From assembly GCF_009914755.1 (NCBI RefSeq), contig NC_060932.1: 64,000 nucleotides of DNA; one strand, 5' to 3'. Source of the DNA: the human T2T-CHM13v2.0 reference genome, Homo sapiens. Shown here in pieces: positions 24,290 to 64,000 of this stretch. The notes beneath the pieces are model-generated. The model searched no databases and was not told the origin of the DNA. It saw only the letters and a list, made by a program, of their open reading frames with translations. A program made the translations under genes and the position numbers. Every line of letters begins with the position of its first letter. Within the stretch, counting starts at the first letter, position 1.

Positions 24290-27200
24290 TTTTCCATATT
24301 CTAGCAAGATGCCACTACTAAAGTCACAGGGGATATACACCCTGCGATATTATTCGTCATATTGTAGGGGAATGTTAATCCTGTTGTAACAGGACTCTAC
24401 ACACTGTGATGTTATTCCCAATATCCTATCGGGTCATTAATAATAATGTCACAATGTGTGTACACCTTTTGATGTTATTCTTGTTCTCCTAAGCGGAGGT
24501 TACTTTTATTGTCACACGGGATATATTCCCTTTGATAGTATTCACAACATCCTAGAGGGATGTCACTGCTTATGTCACAGGGTTTGTACACCTTGTCAAA
24601 TTACTCGTATTATCCTTATAAGGTGTCACTCCTCATATCAGAGAGGTGAGATTCTAGGGAATTCTAGGGGATTCTAGAGGTCGTATTCTAGGGAAATGTT
24701 ACTTTTCATGTCACGGAGGGTGTACACCTTGTGAAACTTTTCGTTATAATTTTGTGGGATGTTACCCCTGATGTCACACGGGGTGTACACAGAGTGATGT
24801 TACGTGCGATATTCTATAGAAATGTTACTCGTAATTCACAGGTCCTGTACACTCTTTCACAGTCCTCGTAATAGTCTAGGAAAACATGACTGCTAATGTC
24901 ACAGGGCAAGTAGACCCTGTCAGAAAATTCATAATATCCTAGCGGGAGTTCACTTCTAATTTCACAATGCGTGTACACCCTTTGGTATTATTCGTGTTTC
25001 CTGAAGAGATGTTACTACTGATGTCCCAATGCAGGTACGTTCTCTGATATTATTCGCTATATCCTTGGGGGATGTTACTTCTAATGTCACATGGGGTGTA
25101 CTCCCTGTGTTCTATTTCGTAATATCCTGGGGCAATTTTACTTTTAATGACACAGGGGATGTACACATTGTGATATTATTCGTGATATTCTAGAAATACG
25201 TTATTCCTAATGTCACAGGGGTGTACACCCTTTGATAGTATTCATAATTTCCCAGGGGTCTATACTCCTATTGGCACAGAGGATAACACCCTGTGACATT
25301 CTTCATCATGTTCTAGCGAGATGATTCCCCTAATGTCACAGGGGGTGTACCCCCTGTGATATTATTCTTACTATTCTAGGGGGATGTTACTCTTAATGTC
25401 ACAGGTGTGCTCCTTCTGTGATATTATTGAAAATATGCTAGCAGGATATTATGACTAATGTCACAATGCCTGTACACCTTGTGATATTATTAGTAATATT
25501 CAGGGGGGATGTTACTCCTAACGTTACAGGGGTGTACACCGTGTGATATTGTTCCAAGTATTGTAGGGGGATGTTACTCCTAGTGTCACAGGGGGTGTAC
25601 ACCCTTCGATGTTATTTGTAGTCTTATAGAGAGATATTACTTTAAATATCACAGTGGGTGTACACACATGGGGTACACCCACTGGCATATTATTTGTAAT
25701 ATCTTCGAGAGATATCACTCCTAATATCACAGTGGGTGTACCCCATGTGTGTACACCCTGTGATATTATTTGTAATATCCATGGTAAACATTACTTCTAG
25801 TAATCCACAGAGGGTACACCCTGTGATAGTTTTCATAATATCATAGGGAGATATTGCTGCTAATAACACAGTGGGTGTACACCATGTGTGTACACTCTGT
25901 GACATGAGATAGCTTATATCCTAGGGAGACAGTCCTTCTAATATCAAAGTGAGTTGACACCCTGTGATATCATTCGTAATCTCCTAGAAAGATGTTGCTG
26001 CTAATATCACAGAGGGTGTGCCCCCAGTGACATTATTCTTAATATCCCAGGGAGATGTTACTCCTAATGTCACAGGTGGTGTTCACACTGTGATAATATT
26101 CGTAATATCCTAAATGGATGTTACTGCTGATGTCACCACACGTGTACATCCTCTGTATTTGTTCGTTATATCCTCGGGCGAGGTTACTCCTACTGTCACA
26201 TGAGGTGTACTCCCTGTGATATTATTCCTAATATCCTAGGTGGATGTTACTCCTTGTGCCACAGGGGCTGTGCGTTTAGTGATATTATTCACAATATCCT
26301 AGAAAGACGTTACTCCTCAGGTCACAGGGGATGCACACCCTGGGATATTATTCGTACTACCCTAGGGGACATTACTCCAAATGTCACAGAAGGTGTACAC
26401 TCTGTGATATTTCTCATAATGTGTCAGGGAAATGCACTCCTAACGTCACAGGGCATGTGCACCATGTGTGCACAGCCCTTATGATGTTATTTGTAATGAT
26501 CTCAAGGGATGTTAATCCTAATATTCCATATGCTATTAACCATGTGTGAACACCTTTGTGATATTCTTCCTAACATACTAGAAGGATGTAACTCCTAACA
26601 TCATATGGGGTATATGCCATATGAGTACACATTCTGTGATATTACTCATAACATCGTAGGGAGATGCTACTCCTAATTTCACAAGGTGCGTACATGATGT
26701 GTGTACTCCCCCTCTGATGTTATTCGTAATATTCTAGGGGAATGTTGCTGCTAATGTCACAGGGAGGGTACACCATGTGTATGCAACGCTGGTAATATTA
26801 TTTCTAACAGCTTGAGGAGATGTTCCTCCTAATGTCACCTGGAGTGTACACAATGTGTGTACACCTTCTGTGATATTATTCGGAAATCACAGAAAAAGAT
26901 TATGCCTAATGCAACAGGATGTGTACACCGTGTGCGTCAACTGCCTTTGATATTATTCGTAATATACCAGGGGGTGTGACTTTTCATGTCACAAAGGGTG
27001 TACAAAATGTCACAGGGTGGGTATGGCTTATGATATCATTCCCAATATCCAGAAGGATGTTACTCCTGCGGTCACAGGGGGTGTACACCCTTCGATAATA
27101 TTTGTAGTCTTATAGGGAGATATTACTGTAAATCTCACAGTGGGTGTACACTATGTACACTGTGTTTACACTCACTGTGATATTATTTGTAATATCTCAG

Positions 27201-28010
27201 AGATATTACAGAGTTATAACTCTCTCTGTTATATTAGAGAGTTATATCTCTCTAAGACAGTACAAATAATACCACAGTGGGTGTACCTCATGTGTGTACA
27301 CCCTGTGATATTATTTGTAATATCCATGGTAAACATGACATCTAATAGCACAGAGTGTGTACTCCCTTTGGTATTTCTCATACTTTCATAGGGAGATATT
27401 GCTTCTAATATCACAGTAGGTGTACACCATGCACGTACATTCTGTGATATGATACCTTCTATCCTAGGGAGATATCTCTCCGAATATCACAGTGTGTGTA
27501 CACCTTGTGATATTATCCATAATGTCCTAGAAGGATGTCACTCCTAATATGACAGAGGGCGTACACCCAGTGGTATTCTTCGTAATATCCTAGGGAGATG
27601 TTACTCCTAATGTCACACGGGGTGTACACCCATGATATTCTTCGTAATATTCTAGGGGGATGTTACTTAAAAAGTCACAGGGGGTATACACCCTGTGATG
27701 TTGTTTGTAACATCCTAAGATGTTACCCTTAATGTCACATGGGGTGTACACCCTGTGATATTACTCGGAATATCTTATGGGGATGCTACTCCTAATGTCA
27801 CAGGCTGTGTACACCCTGTGATATTATTCGGAATATCCACAGAGACGTTACTTTTGATGCCACGACTGGGTCCACGCTTTGATATTTTTTGTCATATCTT
27901 AGGGAGGTATTACTTCGAATATCAGAGTGGTTGTACACCCACTGTGATGTTATTCGCAATACCCTAGGGAGATATAACTTTTAATATCACCGTAGGTTTA
28001 CACACTACTA
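24290..28010. repeat. SATR2-type satellite
   Basis: ~63-64-bp unit; 24290-25420 is paralogous to 1860-2960. Confidence 0.8.
27261..27319 (+). ncRNA. MIR5692A2: Satellite-derived hairpin matching annotated miR-5692a precursor
   Basis: TACAAATAATACCACAGTGGGTGTAC...GTACACCCTGTGATATTATTTGTA folds back on itself; contains the recalled mature sequence CAAATAATACCACAGTGGGTGT (27263-27284). Confidence 0.7.
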
Positions 28011-28021
28011 CACAGTGGATC

Positions 28022-29567
28022 CAATAGGGGAGGGAACAGGTGGGAGCCCCACCCCCTACTGAGTTGGCAGGGCAGGAGCCCCACACTCATGGATGCAGTT
28101 GCAGCCACCCAGCTATGGCTCCAGACCTGGGCATGCCTGCACTCCTGGAAGCCCCCCCTGGCCCCACAGGCTCAGAAGTGCCTGCTCCTGCTTCTCCCCT
28201 CTCCTGACACCTGCTCCAATTCTGGAGCAAAGTTGAGGCTGAACCCGGGTGCTATCTCAACCTGGCTGGATGTGTGCGTGCTAGGGGTGGTGCTGACACA
28301 CCAGTCCCACCACCTTGACCCCCTTTGAATTTTGGGCACCAACAAGCAGGGGCGGGAGGCCAAGGGGGCCCTGAGGGCGGTTTGGCACAAGCCTGCCGGT
28401 GCCTCTTGGTAGGAACAGCCTGGTTGCTGTGGATGGCATGTTGATGGTGGCAGGATGGAAAAGGGTGGGTCCTGGTGAAACCTCAACTTCAAGCCAGGGA
28501 TGGCCTGAAGCCTGGGGCCTGAGCTGCCAGTTCCAGCTGGAGTCCACTGCCTGGAGTGAGTACATATGGAGCTTTTTCCCCAGCCCACCCATGGCCGCCC
28601 ATGGACCGATCAGCACACACTTCCCCTCCTGAGCCCATAAAAACCCTAGAGTCAGTAAGACTCAAACAGACCCTCAGGACTACCAGCTGCAGGAAGGAGC
28701 TACCCATTGTGAGTCTCCTTGACTCTTCTGGATGACCTGCTTGTGGAAAACAGCTACCCACTTCAGGTCTCTTCTCTGCTGAGAACTGGACACTCTATGG
28801 GATGACCTGCCTGTGGAAAAGAGCTACCCACTGAGGGTCTTCTCTCCACTGAAAGCTGGACACTCAAATCAGGAAGACCTGCCTGCAGAAAGGAGCTACC
28901 CACTTTGGGTCTCCTGAGAGCTGTTCTATCACTCAGTGAAGCTCCTCTCTGCCTTGCTCACCTTCCAGTTGTCTGTCCACCTCATTCTTCCTGGATGCAG
29001 GGAAAGAACTCAGGACTTGCTAAATGGTGAAACTGAAAGAACTATAACACAAACAGGGCTGAAACACATACCCCCCTTGCACCCCAACTCACCACATTGT
29101 GGGTGACAAGAAGAGCTACAGCTATTTGGGGAGTCCAGACCTAAAGGGTGCCTAAGCCAGGGCTGTGACACCCTCTTTGGAGCTCTGTGGTTCCTGGCAT
29201 CTCCAAGCTTCTGGGTGCCACAGTGTTCCCCTTGTCCAGATGTGGGTGCCTGCAGTGGAAGCCACGTGGTGCATCTGGTCCAGCTGCAACCGCGCATGAA
29301 GGTGCCCACCCCAACACAGCAGCTGGTGTGCCTGGCTGTGTGCAGTGTCTGGACCCTGCATGCACTTGCCCACACACCCCTCGCTGCTCCGTGCCTGGTT
29401 CGCTCTTGGCAGGTGGGGGATCTGGGCTGGTAGCAAAAGCCAAGCACGGCCTGCCAGGCTGAGTGGCCAGAACAAGCCCAGTGGGCATGAGCATTACTCA
29501 GGCAGAAGGCACCACCGGCCACAGACATTTCTGGCTGGCAAAGTGCCACCCCAAGGATCCTGTGACA
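28022..29567 (+). mobile_element. MER52-type (ERV1) LTR, 5'-truncated
   Basis: GGGTCCTGGTGAAACCTCAACTTCAAGCC..CCTGAAGCC; internal tandem GAGCTACCCAC repeats (28690-28915); terminus GGATCCTGTGACA. Confidence 0.7.
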
Positions 29568-29672
29568 GGAAAATCACTTGAGCCCAGGAGTTTGAGGCTG
29601 CAGCAAGTTATGATTGTGCTACTGCATTCCAGCCTTGGCCATAGAGCAAGATCCTGTCTCTAAAAAAAAAAA
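29568..29672 (+). mobile_element. 3' remnant of an old Alu monomer (FLAM/AluJ)
   Basis: ATCACTTGAGCCCAGGAGTTTGAGGCTGCAG...CCTGTCTCT followed by poly(A). Confidence 0.85.
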
Positions 29673-30029
29673 GATGATTGACTGACATTTGCAAAATCCT
29701 AGCTGAGGAACTGGGGGCAGAAACAGTCCAGTCTGTGTAACCAAGAGAAGTCTCAAATGGTGAGGCATCAAAGAAAGAATTTTAGCCTTACCCTAAAGGG
29801 ACATGGATTTTTAAAAGGTTGAAAAATAGTGCTTTAGGGATGGTTCCAAGGCCTAAACCCTCAATAAATTGCTTTTTTTTTCTCAAAAAATAAAAATGGC
29901 CAAAGTTTTTGGAAACCATAGCATATATCTAATGCCACCAAACCATAAGCAAAACTCATCTGTTCTTTAACATATGCAGTTTGGTTCTTCTACTGACTTG
30001 TTTTTATAACACTGACCTACAATTTAAGA

Positions 30030-31226
30030 AAAAGTATTAGGAATTTAGCTTTTATTCAAAATTAAATAAGCAAAAGCAAAAATTTTAAGAAACTTTTACA
30101 AATTACTTACATAAAAGAAAGTTAATAAGGACAGTCACAAATTTGCAACAAATAATTACAAAAGTTTCTAGGGCAGCATGAATATAAACCATGTTGCAGC
30201 ATGGTGATCTAACTGTGATATGAATAAGGCATAACTAACATTTGCACCGAGACCAGAATTAAAAACAAAAACAAACTTTAAAAGCTTAGTTCTATATTAA
30301 ACTTCTTCTCTTTTCCCAGATCCTTAATGGGTTTATACTATGCATTTTTTTTTAAAACAAACACATCATGTCAAACTATAAATTACACAAATGGGCAGTT
30401 AATGTGAAAAGCCCCCTAAAATGTACAAACTAACTGGTACTGAATTGAGTTCTCCCTTTACCTTTATGTACAATTAAATGTAAACCATATTTTCACAGTT
30501 TTGAGTGTTTTATGAATAGATGCACAGTACCATGTCAGGTTTACAATTGTTCCTGAAAACTGGCTCTAGGTTCTGCATCCAATGCCTGTCGGCCACTGTG
30601 ATGCAAGTATTTACATAAATAAGAAACTGTGTCATAGTCAATGGTCAAGACAGTTCAGCAAGAGCAGTATTTCCAACAAAGAATGATCCTCAACACGATA
30701 TTTTACATACTTGTGCAAATATAAGCATTAGGACAGATATATCTGAGGCAAATTCAATTTGCAAAAACTTGTATCGCTACTCTTGTAAACTTGGGCAATA
30801 AATGACCCTCGGCAAGTTCTGCTCTCTATGGCTTTTTTGTTTGTTTGTTTTAAAATTTTAAAGCCAGAGAAAATACACACACACTACCCAACCCCCACAA
30901 GCACACACGCACGCACACACACACACACACACTCTCTCACAGACATAAAGAGTTCTTATTTCATTTTAGAGTATGGTACATAGTGCAACTTCACAATGTA
31001 GAGGTTCGACACACATTCAATGCGTGTTTTTCTGTGCAAGTTCTTAGTGGTCTAAATCCTAGTTGAAGGTATTCATTTGCAGAACCACATGATTCAGGAG
31101 GTCGAAGGAAAAAGAAAAGTTTCATTAAATTTCTGAAACCAGCACTAGATGTGCAAAGGCAGCAGACAATCTGGCCATCAATGCAGCCAGATTAGGGTCA
31201 CTTTAAAGGGAGATCCAAAGAGTTAG
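30030..31226 (-). other. LONRF1: LONRF1 3'UTR (includes a (CA)n-type microsatellite at ~30876-30945)
   Basis: Lies between the stop codon and AATAAA; free of interspersed repeats and AU-rich; 3' end approximate. Confidence 0.8.
30051..30056 (-). terminator. LONRF1: LONRF1 polyadenylation signal AATAAA
   Basis: TTTATT on the + strand about 1.17 kb downstream of the stop codon, followed by U-rich sequence on the - strand. Confidence 0.75.
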
Positions 31227-63551
<32,325 letters not shown>

Positions 63552-64000
63552 GGCCCGCGGAGGGCTGCGCCGCCGCCGCCCGCCGCCACGGTCCCGGAGC
63601 CTCCCGGGCGCGCGGCTCCGCACGCGGCCCGCGAGCAGGGGGGCGTGGCGCGCGGACACGGCGGGGCTGCGCGCGCCCGGGAAGCCCCGAGGGCGGGGCC
63701 TGGCGAGGGCGGGGCCGGGCTCGGCGACGGCGCCCGGGACTCCCCCACGCCGCCCGCGGCCGCGCTCCCGAGGAGCCAAGCGCTGGGCCCCGCCCCTTCC
63801 GAGCCCCCTCCGGGTGGGGGACGCAGGTCGGATGATTCCTCCGTCGGAGATCTAATTGGCTTCTCCGGAAAGGAGGGCTCGGCTCGTGACGGAACAAAGC
63901 CGGAAGGACCCCGGAGCTTCAGTCCCCGCTTGCCTGTCTGCCAACGCCGCCACCTGCGGTGGCCCTCGCCCCTGCCGGGGGTTGGGGGACGCTCCCCTGC

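Noticed and set aside
28089-29663. Cluster of 70-180 aa ORFs on both strands
   Set aside because: All lie within a GC-rich MER52-type LTR; no recognisable domains.

Overview
Eukaryotic (human/primate) genomic DNA that I recognise as the 8p23.1 LONRF1 locus and the adjacent OR7E-containing segmental duplication. Left part (1-~28,020): a mosaic of SATR1/SATR2-type satellite arrays, two AT-rich blocks, two OR7E olfactory-receptor pseudogenes (- strand), Alus and L1 fragments. It also holds a defective HERV-E-like provirus (- strand; LTR2-type LTR, gag, and pol truncated in integrase), with a second paralogous gag copy at the window start. Right part (~30,030-64,000): the complete 12-coding-exon LONRF1 gene on the - strand. 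All 11 introns are GT-AG and the joined CDS is 2,322 nt (773 aa + stop); a CpG-island promoter, 3'UTR and the intronic MIR3926 hairpin are also present. The most unusual observation is at the provirus primer-binding site. It continues into a full-length copy of mature tRNA-Glu(CTC) including the 3' CCA (20,690-20,764), which is fused through microhomology directly into gag. This looks like a fossil of reverse-transcriptase read-through past A58 followed by an aberrant strand transfer. Repeat-family and miRNA names come from recall of consensus sequences, not from a search.
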